A stretch of 63,904 nucleotides of DNA, filler included, from Octopus bimaculoides (Eukaryota), in the NCBI RefSeq assembly GCF_001194135.2. It is 5 parts of 5 records of this genome, joined end to end, with 100 filler letters (N's around TTAATTAATTAA, not from the genome) between each part and the next. Parts side by side here need not be neighbours in the genome. Positions count along the whole stretch, not along the records: positions 62,799 to 63,904 come from NC_068989.1; 4 more parts are not named here. One strand, written 5' to 3'. Positions 63,088 through 63,904 of the stretch are shown here, one piece after another. The stretch's first letter is position 1; every line of letters starts with the position of its first letter. The translations under genes were made by a program, and so were the position numbers. The notes under the pieces are model-generated. The model was not told the DNA's origin. It searched no databases and worked only from the letters and a program-made list of their open reading frames with translations.

Positions 63088-63869
63088 ACGTTTAAAGGAT
63101 CGGACGTATTTTTCTTTCTCTCTTCTGTCTTCTCTTTTCCAAAAAAATGTTTCTCCCAGCGTTCACTATTTTCCTCTCCATGTTTAACGACCCTCCATGT
63201 TTGTCGACATCACACATAGACTTACACATACACACAGATGCATATATACACATATATCATAAAATGGTTAAGAATGCTGCTCGTTGCGGTCGTTCGTTGC
63301 GGTAGAAATAGCAGCCAAATCTCCCTCATATCACACTCTTAATAACGTAGATGCCAAAAGAAAAAACAGAGAGAGAGAGAAAAAAAAGTCACGTAGAATA
63401 AGGTGGTCATCGGCATGCTGTATCTGAAGAAAATATGAGATGAAACACCTCTGATCATTGATTTACTCAATCATTTCTGATCTGGCGACGCTAAGCTATC
63501 GTAACAACAACGACAAAAATGTAATGCGAAATGAACTCATTCCAACATAAGATCAATACTGGCTTTGAATCTTCTGTATCAAATATTTCTCTCTATTTCA
63601 CTTAAAATGCTGTTTTGATTTCTCCCACTCGGGCCTTTTTCAGCAGCTTGGTATAATGAAAGAATCGTCAGATTTCATCTTTACCCCAACAATTCATCAT
63701 GATTCGCTCTCAAACTGCCGATGATAACACGTAAAGTTCCCAATCCCTGATGACGCTGTCCTGACCTACGACTTAACTTAGACATATAAATTTGTCGAAG
63801 CTCATCCCTTTCTAGATTTGACCACAGTCGGCTTGCTTTTCCCACAGAGAGACAAATTGTGAGTGAGAG

Positions 63870-63904
<35 letters not shown>

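Noticed and set aside
1-63904. CRISPR arrays, operons, rRNA or genuine tRNA genes
   Set aside because: This is eukaryotic repeat-rich DNA. All tRNA-like segments are SINE heads, and no regularly spaced repeat-spacer array is present.

Overview
AT-rich, microsatellite-saturated, gappy animal genomic DNA. The SINE families and repeat landscape look like an octopus/cephalopod genome (inference; no database search was possible). No complete protein-coding gene is recognisable. Nearly all long ORFs in the track are simple-repeat or N-gap artefacts, and the rest are decayed transposon fragments. What can be supported: (1) more than 25 tRNA-derived SINE copies in at least three families; (2) decayed non-LTR elements (CR1/L2-like, RTE, R4/Dong-like); (3) Penelope-like GIY-YIG remnants, several with hammerhead-ribozyme-like cores; (4) Tc1/mariner (maT/DD37D-like) and hAT (Charlie-like) DNA transposons with TIRs and TSDs, including a four-layer nested stack; (5) four artificial 44N-TTAATTAATTAA-44N scaffold joins that split the window into five separately assembled blocks. 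The most interesting non-TE signals are a cluster of three RFX X-boxes at 44.1 kb, promoter/enhancer-like motif clusters at 23.5, 26.5, 61.1 and 63.0 kb, and several short candidate exons, the best being an ATG-GCT-GGC-CGA-G|GTAAGT exon at 48.4 kb on the minus strand. These suggest the window lies inside one or more large-intron genes that cannot be identified from sequence alone.
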